In this document: positions 52,750-64,000 of the stretch, piece by piece
How positions within the stretch are numbered: the stretch's first letter is position 1
Layout: every line of letters starts with the position of its first letter
Source of the DNA: Cycas panzhihuaensis
Lineage: Eukaryota > Plantae > Cycadophyta
Direction: 5' to 3'
NCBI GenBank assembly: GCA_023213395.1
Contig: CM041465.1
Coordinates: forward strand, 206,591,741 to 206,655,740
DNA: 64,000 nucleotides
The notes under the pieces: generated by a model
Told to the model about the DNA's origin: nothing
The model's input: only the letters and a program-made list of their open reading frames with translations
Database searches by the model: none
Program-made: the position numbers and the translations under genes

Positions 52750-54480
52750 CTTTTCTTTCTTTGCTTCCAGACTTCAGTAGGTTCGCCTTTTGGAGGCTCT
52801 CTACCTTCAGTGCTGGATCTAAGAATAAGCCCTTTTAGGTAAATTTCCTTTAAAGTTTTCTGGCTGCCTTGATCTACCTGTGCAGATGTTTCTTTCTCTC
52901 TTTGTAGTTTCAACGGTGGCTTCCCTACCTTCTTCTCAGCTCCCACATCCGGTTGCTTCTTTTGGGACAAAATCGGTTGTGGTAAGGGGTCTGGACCTGG
53001 CATCCCTAGGTCCTCAAATATGGGCATCACTGGCTCCTCAACCCCAGCTAGCTACCCCTGGATCGCAGATTCTTTAGCTGTTTCATCTTTGGCATCTGTG
53101 GAGGGGTCCTTCAAAATTAGGGGGGGGAAGCCTAACCCCCGCACAATCTCCTTGTCCCGTGTCCTCTGTGTCTCGGGTAGGGTAGTATGGGCCATAAAGG
53201 CAGCCTCAGCAGGGGTAAGAACCCCTGTACCATCCTTGTTAACTGGGCTCCCCGGGGCTGCAATAACTTGTGCTACTTGCTCCCCTTCCTCTAAGAGTGT
53301 GTCCTCCTTATTGAGGTCAAAACCTAGGTTCGAGTGAGGGGTCTCAACTTCCTCTACTTGGCCTGGGTGTTCTAGCTCCATCCCTTTTTCCTCCTCCTTC
53401 TTTTCCTGGGAATTTGGTTCTAAAGGTCCCTCTATTTTCTCATCCTTTGAGAGTTGCACCCCTGGGCACTTTTGGGGCAAATGCCCCAAGTTTCTACAGG
53501 TGGAACATCTAAAATGCTCCGTCTCATAGATCAGTGGCTGTACCCAACTCCCATCCGTCATGTCCATCCATATGTCATCCAAGAGGGGTTTGTCAATCTA
53601 GACCAAAGCACAGATTCTAGCATTTATGAGTCTGCTCCTATTCCTTGTCGCAGAATCTATTGCTAAAAGAGGACCCACCGCTTTTGCTATACCTTTAAAT
53701 ACTTTGGGGTTCTAATGGTGTAAGTGAAGGCCCAGGAGTTGGATCCATATAGGGGTTGTTTGATTTTGGGAATAGAGGGATTAAAGTCCCTGTGCCATTT
53801 CTCAAGAGACAGGGCTTTCCTACCAAACATCCATGGGGCCCTTAATAAAATGCTAGACATATCTTCATAAGTAGAAAATTTGAATATCATGCAGCCCTTA
53901 GGCATGGCTATTACTTCCACGCTACCCACCGTTTTTCTATTTAGTCCTCGTCTAGCTCCTAATAGCTTCCAGACCTGGTCTAGGTCCTGAGAATCTGCGA
54001 ACAAGGCAATTCTCCTAAAGTTTCTCAGTTTTCTCTACAAGGGCCTGGGGGATTTTTAATCTAACCTTATTATCCTCGATCACTAGTGTTAATTCAAATG
54101 TTTCCTCCTAATTGGTTTTCAAAACATCACAGTAAGATCTCCCTGGTGACAGGTTGGGGTTCTGGTTCTGTTTTTGAGGATTATGGTCCTTTTTCATATT
54201 TAAAATTTATAAACTACAAAAGAAAACTCCCAAACAAGGGAAGTAGTTACATACCATGGCTAAGATCAGCTCAGCCTCTAGCCTCCTTTCTATTTTATCA
54301 ATCTTTTTCTAGATCTGGGATTTTTTGTTTAAGTTCTCCACTGGGCTTCCTCTGTCAAAATGCGGTACTTGTCTACCTTCACGATCTAACTTGTTGCACG
54401 AGTTTTCTGCCTCTGAGCTAGTACTATCAACCTTCCTCGTGAGTCTTCCTTCTATCTCAGTATACTTGTGGGAGAGAAAC
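52746..54480 (-). pseudogene. L1 ORF1 remnant
   Basis: APWMFGRKALSLEKW and CSTCRNLGHLPQKC; the stop codon overlaps the ORF2 ATG. The start is uncertain. Confidence 0.85.
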
Positions 54481-56929
54481 TCCTAAATAGAGAAGCTAGA
54501 TGCTACTTGGGTGGACCATCTAGCACCTATAAACTCTGAGTCTCTACACTCCACTATCCGTTCCAGGAACAAGTAGATCAGTGACTGAATGCCTCCTCCA
54601 CGAACGCTGTCACCTATGTCCTTCTTCGTTGTTGGTTGTACTTCCATCACGATGAGATATTGGGGGAGAAACACCACATGTCACTCGTTAAGCTCAGTCT
54701 AGGCGACCTTGCATGTGGCCTTCCTTCCACGGACGCCATGGTGTCCCGTTTGCCAGCACTCCACGCATCGCCGCCACTCCTTCAGAACCTTAGTTGTAGG
54801 TGCTTCCGTTCACGCAGTCCGTTCACCCACACATAGAGCAAATTGATTCTCTTTGAATCTGCCATCTTTTCCATGTAGCTTGGTAAATGAAAGCCTTATG
54901 AGCAATCTACTAGTGAGTAACATTGTGCTTTTGCTACACTTTCCTTCACTAGATCCAATTCCATTTGCCTTCAATTTGGATATGCATGTATTATTGCCAA
55001 TGAAGGTGATAATAATATTCCTTTAAGTAAAAAATGTATGCCTTAGATAAAATCATGAGGTCTTTTCTTTCTAACCTAGTTATACCATTTAAAGGATAAA
55101 CTTATTCCATAACAAAATCCAGTCTTTCTACAACCTGAATGATATTAGGGTCCACATCCCTACTAATATTCTAAATCATTTGTGGGATGTCTTTCCATTT
55201 TAACTACTTCAAGTCATGGAATTGAGAGACTTAATTTAGGTTGAGGTTTGTGCAAAATTGATAAACTAGTCTAAAAAAATCCTACTAAGTAAAATGTTAC
55301 ATCCTTAGAGGGAGCCACTTATCAATCCAAACATTAACATTATGCCCTTTTATCCCTAGAGAGAGGATATCATAAAACTTTATATGATCCCAGACCTTAA
55401 GCATAAGGTTCCACACATTTAAGCCTTTAGTAGACAGATTTGGAGAAACTAGTTAGTACTTAGTGATCTAAGAGTTCCAATATTTCATTATGATAATACA
55501 AGACTGTTTAACATCTTCTTGATTATGAAGTTGCAATAGGTGCTTGGCACTACAAACCTCAACCTTTAAAAAAGGGCCCCTTATACCAAGACCATCCTAA
55601 GTTTTATGGCTAGCTATAGTCCTCAATTTAATTAGTTGATAAGATCTATTTTTTGTTGGCCATGAATTCCACAAGAAATGAGAGAACAATCCTCTAATCA
55701 TAGATAACACAACCTTGGGGGCTTCAATTATAGACATAAGATAATTAGGCATATGAATAAGGATTAACTCAATTAGGCTCCTTCTCCCTATTAGATTTAA
55801 ATTTTGGATTGGCTACATATCTACTTTATTCTTTATTTGAAGAATATATGGGCACTAATTAGAAATTTTTATTTGAGGCAAACTAATTAGAATACCCAAA
55901 TATTTGATAATAGTAGATTATGATGCTATGGGAATCTTGATAGCCAAAGCCAACAACATTTAAAAATTTAGAGGGGTAACATTAAAAATTAGACTTGATT
56001 TATAATGATTAACTAATTAACATGAGGTAATACCATAGATCCTCAATGCTTAATTCCAAATAATGATCTCTTCCTCTACAAGTTGACCTATTAGAATAGT
56101 ATCATCTATAAATATTTGGTGAGTTGAACATTTAACACCATCAACACACACCTCCTTTAATAAATCAATGTTCTAAATTCATTTTAAAAATGAAGATAAG
56201 CCTACCACAGCTATAACAAATAGATAGGGAGACAAAAGGCAACCCTATCAAATGGCTCTACTAATAGGCAAATAACAACCCATGGATCTACTTATTTTGA
56301 TGGCCATGGAAACTATTGAAAGCAATCTTTTAATCCATCTGAGATGGGCCCATTCCAATACTTTAATTTTAAGCATTGTTAAAATGAAAGTTCATTAAAT
56401 TGTATTATAGGCTTTATTAATATCCAATTTCAATATTACCACTGGTTGCTTTTGAGTTATTATCAAATGAAAAGCCTTTGCAATAACCGTTATGATGTCT
56501 GCAATTCATCGACCTTTAATGAAAGCACTCTAATTTTCATTGACTACTTTAGGAATAAATTTCTTTAATTGATCTACTAAGGCTTTAGTAATGATTTTTT
56601 AAGAAGTATTACATAAGCTAATAGGTCTCCAATGGTTTAAATATATTAAATTATTATTCTTTAGCAATAATGAAACGAGGGTAGTATTTATAACAAGATG
56701 AAGTTGGTTAGTATGGTGAGTCTCCTTAGCTATATCAACCAATAGTTAGGGAGCCTTCTCAACTTCTATAGCTAGAAGTAACTCTATAGGAATGCCATCT
56801 AGCCTAGGAGATTTTCCATGGGGAAGCTTTTTTATTATATTAAATATTTATTCCTTTGAAATAAGATGATTTAGAGAATCATTAAGCTCTTATTGAGAAT
56901 TTAGAGTGTTTCTTCCATAAAACTAGCCT

Positions 56930-59900
56930 CATAGATTTAGCACAATGGGAGATGAAAAGGTAAATATCATAATTATTCAAAGCAAAAGACTCAATAAATC
57001 ATATAAAACACAATGAGCACCAAAGGGAGTATTAGAGTACTCTCTCTTTAAAAGATGATAATCCTGAATAATGTTACAAGTGATCTTTGAACCCTTAAAT
57101 AGACATGTGGGGGTCCCCTTTTTATAATCCTATTAGTGGCCTTAATGGCCTTACATCTTATTGGAGCTCTTAGCGGCCTATGCACAAGCTTAATGATTAA
57201 TATTAGCCTTTAACCCTTTGGTGGTTCCCGCTTACTAGTCCTTAAGAAAGTGAGATTACATTATAAGTCTCCCTATCTAAGATGCTAAGTCCTTACATCA
57301 TTATAGATAAGTGTATTACTAGAAAAACTTGTCAGATTACTAACCCACTATACTACATACTTAGAAATAGTACAATTTTAGAGGTAGCATTAGTGGTTGG
57401 TGAGGATTTTGTCAGGAATGATTGTGAGGGTTTACTCGAGAGTAAGAATGGGCAGGGTGGTGTAAGGTGTAACTTTAGCTCTCATATACTTTTTAGGTAA
57501 GAGACATGGAAGACATTATGGATATTAGTGTTTAAAAGGAGTTCAAAGGCATAAACAACTTCGCTAATTTTGTGGAGGACTTTATAAGGGTTATAGTAAC
57601 ATGGGATTAGTTTATGACCTTGATGAGACTTAAGAGATTATTATTTGTATGGTTGGAGGTAGAGGAACACGAGATCTCCAATATCAAAGGACTGATTATA
57701 ATAATGGTGTTTGGTGAGTTGCTTCATTCTGTTTCAGGTAGTGGCCAAATTTTGTCAAAGGGTATGGAGGATTTGGTCCATCTCTTAAATCTTTTGTTGG
57801 ATTGAGGTCGTTTGAAAGTTGGTGGCCAAATTATGGTAGGAAAAGGGGTGGTAGCTATAGAGGGCCAAAAATAGGCATATACTAATTGCTAAATGGTGAG
57901 AAGAGTTATACCAATACTCTTCTAGGAAAAGCTAAGAAGTCCACTTAGTTTAGTATTTTGAGGCAAAACAACATAGGTATGTTTCTAGAGTTTTATCCAA
58001 GACCTTAGATTGACCATCTGTTTAAGGGTAATAGGAAGAACTCATGTTGAATAAGGTTCTTATGACTTTAAAGAGTTCTTACCAAAAAGAGCTAGTGAAC
58101 TTGGATCTCATTTATAAATGATGGTCGAGGGAAAACCATGAAGGCGAAAGATGAATTAGATGTATAAGTCGGTAAGGTAGGAGGACATATATGAGGTGTA
58201 GACTGGGAAAAAGTGTAAATACTTGGTTAATTAATTAATGACCATCCAAATAGAATCAAACCCAACAAATAGAGGTAAGCCCATGATAAAGTCCATGATG
58301 ATATCTTACCACCTACCTTATAAAATATTTAATAGTTGGAGGAGTCTTAGGAGGGATTTGGCATCAACTTTGTTTCACTCATACATGTTGCATTCTAATA
58401 CAAAAGCGAATATAATAGGCTTCATATGGGGTCAAAGGAAATTAGCACATATATATCAATAAGTTTCATCAAAACCTGAGTGGCCTCAAAGGGGAGAAGA
58501 GTGGTATTCTGTTAAGATTCTGGGGATGAACGAGGATGATGGGTGCAGAAAGATGTAGTTTTAAAAGAGTAGGTGATTGTTGAAGGTTGACCAACCTTTG
58601 TGGATAAAATTTTTTTCCCTCCAATTAGGGTAGTTAGGCTAGGCCTAGTTTTCAAACTATGATTCATTGAGCCAAAGGGGTTGGGGCTTAGATATGGCAT
58701 GGAGGCTAGGGTTAAGAGCACTAGAATTAGGTGCATATATGAAAGAGCATCTACAATTGTATTATCTTTATCTTTTTTATAAGATATTATGAAGTCAAAG
58801 ATATGTAGGCAGTTAACCCACTTAGCCTCTTCTTCACATGAAATTGGCTAATCGAAGAGATTGTGGAGGCTATGATGACCTCTAAGAATAGTAAATTTAG
58901 AGCTTAAGAGATATTACTATTATTTGTCAATGGTGTATATAACAGCTTTCATCTCCTTTAGTATGTAGAAAGGTAGAGCTCATGATCTTTTAATTTTTGA
59001 CTCTCAAATACAATAGGATAAGAGTCTTACATCAGGACGATACCCAATCTGAATACAGAGGTGTCACATTCAAGTTGGAAAGTTTGGTTGAAGTTGAGAG
59101 TGATAAGGACTGGGGTAGGGATCATTACTACCTTGAGATAAGAAAAAGTGGCTTTAGCCTCTAGAGACTATTGGAAGGCATCTTTACGAAGGAGATTGGT
59201 TAAGGGAGGTGTAGTTACATATAAAATAATGATAGAACCCTGTGAGGCCAAGGAACGCACATAGTTGGGTAAGGGTGGCTAGTGTTGGCCAAGTCACGAT
59301 GAAAGATATTTTATTAGGGTCCACTCATGCCTATTCTAATGATATAATATGCCCTAAGTATTAGAGTTTTGATTGCCCAAACTTACACTTAGACAATTTT
59401 GTATAGAGTTAGTATTTTTATAATATTTAAAGAACAAGTTCTAGGTGTCGAATGTGGTGATCTAAAAAGGTACTATAAATGAGGATATTATTAAAGAAGA
59501 TGAAGAAAAATTCTCAAAGATAGGGGTTAAAAATCTTATTCATAAAAGCTTGAAAATTTGTGAAAGTATTATAAAGGTTGAAAGGCATTGCTTGAAACTC
59601 AAAATGGTGATGATGCATCTGGAATACCATCTTATGGTAATATTCTTAGGTAATTAGGATTTGGTAGTAACCAAACTAAAAGTCTAACATAGACAGAATA
59701 GACGTACCATGAATTTCATCTAATATATCATCTATTCACAGGGTGGAAAACTTATTTTTTAGGGTAATTTTGTTTAATTCCTTATAATTGACACATAGGT
59801 AGAAGGAGCTATCCTTCTTCCCAACCAAGATTATTGAAGTCATATAAGGGATTTTTCTTAGCTAGATTATGCCCATGTCCATGAGTTTAATAGTGATTTT

Positions 59901-61072
59901 CTTAATTTCATTTTTCTAAAGTATGAATTATGATAAGGCCTTAGGCTGATGGGGTCATGATTATATTAGAGTTTAATTGTGTTATGAAAACCATGATCAA
60001 GTGGAGTAGTGGTAGGTAAGAGGGGAATATCTACTCATATTAGATGATGACATCCTGGATACATGGGTGAATTTATGGTTCAATCTAAATATTACTGAGT
60101 TGAATTATATATCTGAGGTGGGATTGAAGATGATGTTTCATGCATCCTAATGAAACCACTTGGTAGGAGGGGATTGCATCCCATAGATTTTGTGAGTTTG
60201 ACCCATTTGGTCTTTAAATGTGATGAATGGATTTTTGGATGAGTTGTTTATATTGTAAATCCCTAAGATTTGTAGCTATTGAATCCTTAATATGCCATCA
60301 AATCCTCCTATAGATAATGTATAAAAGTCTAAGACCAAAAGGTAGGTGCTGATCTAGACCTAGAGGTTTTTAATAACATGAGCACAATGGAGCTTTCGAT
60401 ACCTTGACAAGGAACACGTGAATCCAATTTTTGGGACTATATAAAGGTTAAGTTTTTGGGCTAAAGAACATTAAGAAAATTGAGTGATATATCACTATTG
60501 ATTAGGATATAACTATTATTGCTTGTTTAATCCATGCAAGTTGAGTGAAAAAGGATTGACTTCATATATTCTCATATTATTCAAAAAAATAACTTGTGAA
60601 GTGCAACCATATTTGGTAGGAGGGATATTCATGTTTCTACTAATTAAACTAATGATGGGATTTTCTATCTAGGTGGATTAAGGTGTATAAGAGTTGATCT
60701 TTCTCAGATGTTTAGTGGAGTGTGAAGTATGATTCCAACTTGTTGATCCAACTCCAAGTGCTCTCCCTTTTCACATCCGAATCAAAGGTAGGGATATTGA
60801 TCTTATGGTGGAAAGGTGGATACCTTAGTGGGTAACCTCTTTGAGGTGTATTATTTCATTAAACAGGAGGAGGAGCATGCCCATCATATTGGATATCCCT
60901 ATGCTTTTGGATTAAGGTTGTAACAATTGATGGAATGACTTAAGAAGTTCTTCTTTGGTGATATCAAGGTTTGATTTTGTAAGGAGGGCATCAAATTTGC
61001 TATATACATCTTGTTTGAAATTTTGTAAGTCTTGGTTCAAATTAGTAATTTTCTCCCCTTGTATCAGTGCCA
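56930..61072 (-). mobile_element. Decayed Ty3/gypsy chromovirus (gag fragment, PR, RT, RH, INT, 3' LTR)
   Basis: The minus strand gives KINIPTFD...WINKLESYF (about 60720-60810), HFEFQAMPFN and FFNNILIYS (59470-59620), LECDTS (about 59060) and DIIMDFI (about 58290). A PPT-like tract is followed by an LTR starting TGTAATC at 57260. Confidence 0.85.
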
Positions 61073-61089
61073 TCGAAACTATAAAATAG

Positions 61090-61607
61090 GCCTAAATGAG
61101 TAAGAATAAGTAGAAAGAAGGAGGAATATACAAAGTAGAAAAGATCAAGAAAGAACATGATTTAAGAACTAGATAGATATTACGAGGAAGAGATGAGGCA
61201 AAAAGGGGATGTTGGGTGTTTATAGTCTATTGAAGAGATGAGGCAAAAAAGGGATGTGGGGTGTTTATAGTCTTTTTTGGAAGTAGGGATCTCCACTTCT
61301 TATGATGTTCCACGCAATGGTTGAGATATCCCATTTATTCATTAGGCTAGATAGGAAACAAATCTTCTTTATTGGTGATTAGTTGGAGTGTAATTATGAT
61401 GTGATAGGTCTTCTATAGAAGGGTTTTATTTTTTTAAACCCTATAAAGTAGGATTTTAAGTATTATTCCATTAGTTTTCCCTTCCCAAAATGGGTGATGC
61501 AGCCTCTTCCATAAGGATATCATTAAGACCTTCCCTTGGTACTCCTTGAGGATTATTATAGTTTATGCTTCCTTAGTTCTAATGTAGAGAGGATGATGTT
61601 TGTTACA
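61090..61607 (-). repeat. LTR-like fragment with a 45-bp-period tandem duplication
   Basis: Starts TGTAACA on the minus strand; GAAGAGATGAGGCAAAAA...TTTATAGTCT occurs at 61187 and 61232. Confidence 0.5.
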
Positions 61608-63284
61608 ATATTATATCTTTTTTTTGTCTCTTTTTCTCTTGTTCTCTTATAACATTTAGTCCCAATCTTAAATAATGGAGTCTTAATGTCTAACCTTTTC
61701 CTTTCCCTTTATTGTGATTAGTAATAATTGTCTAATTTTTCTCTTCTATATTGTGTGGAAGATCTTCCTATTACTGGTTATCATCTCTTGATAGTGATAT
61801 AAGAATATTTCTCATTATATTTCTTGGTGTTTATTTTGATATTTGATGGTTTCCTACCTTAGGTTAAGTTGCTTGCATTTGATCTAGAATCACTTCATCT
61901 TTCCATGGACCTAGTTTAGAAGGAGCTTGTAGTTAGGGATAAAATTTCCTAACATTGCCAACATTGTGGCATGCAGTGCATTTGAAAGTGATATGCTCAT
62001 AGTCCATATTTATTTTGACTAAATGATTAATAACTTTGATAATATATATTCTTTAAGAGATTTTGTCATATCTAGTTCCACACATATTTTAACAACCCTA
62101 CACATTATATAATTGAGAGTGGTATCATCCAGTTTAACTACATTCCCTATCATTGCTTTTATTTTAATTAAACATTCTATTTCATAAAATTCATCATGAA
62201 GGAATGGAAATCAGACCCAAATAGGAATTTTAAGGGTACAAGGGTTATTCAGATCAAATATGGACACCCATCATTGGAGAGCTAATCACTATATCCACAT
62301 GAACCATGGATCACCATAGAGAATATTTTCTAGATCTATAGGATTTACAAAATATATATTGAAAGAACCCTTGCCTTTTAATTTAAATGTTGCTTATCTA
62401 GTTAATAAGTTCCCCCATGTTGAGTTAGCCCATTCTTCCAGTGACTATACTGGAGGATACATATTATTAAACTTACCACTTAGGGTTTTGGCTTAGAGCT
62501 CTACACATATATCTTGAATATCTTCTAAAGGGAAAGTTATTATGTCCCTCTCTTGATTGATGTTCCCTGGTAATTCCTACTACATGCTCTAATCATATGT
62601 TAGTAGTTGATTATCGTCATAGTGTTGTTGATTATGAGTATTTGATCCTCTCTCATCGAAGTAAACAAATTCGTAAACTGAGTGTAAAATGCTCTTCTGC
62701 TGGAATTCTAACAACCCTATTTAGATTTACTTTAGCTTCAATCTCTCTTGGAGAGATTCCATAGCCCATATAGATTAGGGTTTCATATTTTAAGGACCTA
62801 TATTTATATGATTATGACCATGTAAGGGGCTTTCGTCCATACCCAATTATTTTTCCCTATGCAATAGGTAGGGATACTACCATGTGAGAACATAAGGTAA
62901 AATAATAAAAAATATAAATAAGTACCTATTAGAACCACTAAATATCAAGCCTCCCAACTACATTCTTGGTAAGCTATACTTTTCTTTCAAAAACACCCTT
63001 ATCACCACTAGATCAAAAAAATCCACTTAGGGAAAATCCTTGGTCTGTGGTTTCCAGAAGATAATATTTGATCTAAGTAGTATGATAATCCCTAGGAACC
63101 CAGACCAAGACCAAATTCAGAAGGGAAAAGGTGCCAAAATAGCAATAATTTTATTGCCCATAGTCTCTTCATCATTGACCAATATAAATCTTTTTCCATG
63201 AATTATAGACCCTCATTGCTCATCGCATAAGTATATTTATAGCCTTCTAAATTGGATAGCACAACCCAAAAAGAAAGTTCTAGA

Positions 63285-63750
63285 ATAATTAATTTTTGAT
63301 AGTAATAATTAATTATTAACAAATAAATATTCTTAATAATAATAAATATTTAATAAAAATAATAATTAGCGAAAGTTCTGAGCAAGAAATTTCTAGCAAA
63401 AATGCTAGTGATTACTTATTATTATCAAATAAAATAATCATTATTATTACTAATTACCATTTATTTCTATGTTTAAAAAAATAAAAATCATTAGTAATAA
63501 TAATAAATACAAATAACATATAACTAATGACATGAACAATATCTATATACAATCATATAATATTATGCTTATCATAAAAATTTAACTTGTTAATAATACT
63601 GATATTAAAAATAATGATGATATACTAAGAAACAATGATGATCAAATTATAACTAATCAACTATATGCTTCTAATATAGTTAAGAATAATAACCACAATA
63701 ATATAATTCATAGCATTTTACTCATATCAATAATACTAATAGTAAAAGCC
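63285..63750. repeat. Extremely AT-rich low-complexity tract
   Basis: AAT-rich, similar in composition to 47010-47866. Confidence 0.8.
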
Positions 63751-64000
63751 CTCTTTCAAGTTTAGGTTACATTGCATACAGAAACCTACCATGTAGTTTC
63801 ATATCATTGTGCTAACTATGTGGTCAAAAAGCATAGGTCTTTTGATTTACTTTTTGGATTTTTCTTATGACATATTTACTTTCATTTAATTTAGAACAAT
63901 AATCAAACGTAAAAAGTAGGAAACTTCATAGTAAATCAAAATCCTTTACTTATGAAATAGTTGTGTTTATCAATCCTAGCCACTCTCTGGAACCAATGTA

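Larger units (their letters stand above)
48400..54826 (-). mobile_element. Full-length younger L1 LINE with C-terminal RNase H
   Basis: Perfect 18-bp TSD CCACACATAGAGCAAATT (48382-48399 and 54827-54844), short poly-A tail, GC-rich 5' end, ORF1 and ORF2. Confidence 0.97.
47867..62790 (-). mobile_element. Old L1 LINE in three pieces (47867-48399, 54845-56930, 61610-62790), host of two later insertions
   Basis: Poly-T at 47867-47878; zf-RVT SICSMCGNQEDLMEHIWWYC restored across the young L1; I*QGCLLSPYLF near 56220-56255; KSPRLDGIP near 56790-56820; ORF1 DPWF, PIWV and KCTACHNVGN at 61940-62320. Confidence 0.8.

Noticed and set aside
48532-53666. Plus-strand ORFs over the young L1
   Set aside because: Antisense shadows of L1 coding sequence with no independent motifs.

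Overview
This is AT-rich, strongly CpG/CHG-depleted plant nuclear DNA. A large-genome non-flowering plant such as a gymnosperm or fern is my inference from TE types and C>T decay; it is not established. I found no host protein-coding gene, RNA gene or CRISPR array. The window is a graveyard of nested retroelements whose insertion order can be read from target-site duplications (TSDs). (1) A copia-derived LTR element (18630-33215) has its 3' LTR split by a full-length RNase H-bearing L1 (20829-32978), which is itself interrupted by a young CRM-like Ty3/gypsy element (23769-29506). That element has an 88-bp truncated 3' LTR but an intact TSD. (2) An RT-less gypsy (about 35900-45308) carries two nested RT-less LTR elements. 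(3) An old L1 (about 47867-62790) carries a younger full-length L1 with an 18-bp TSD (48400-54826) and a decayed gypsy. Two things stand out. First, two diverged copies of a Tat-like element with a gag-protease-archaeal-type RNase H layout and no RT or integrase (about 600-4875 and 15550-17103). Second, a single CpG-rich, motif-dense island of about 1.1 kb (about 45700-46830) with no recognisable TE homology, which looks like an unmethylated cis-regulatory element. Boundaries of the decayed elements are approximate.
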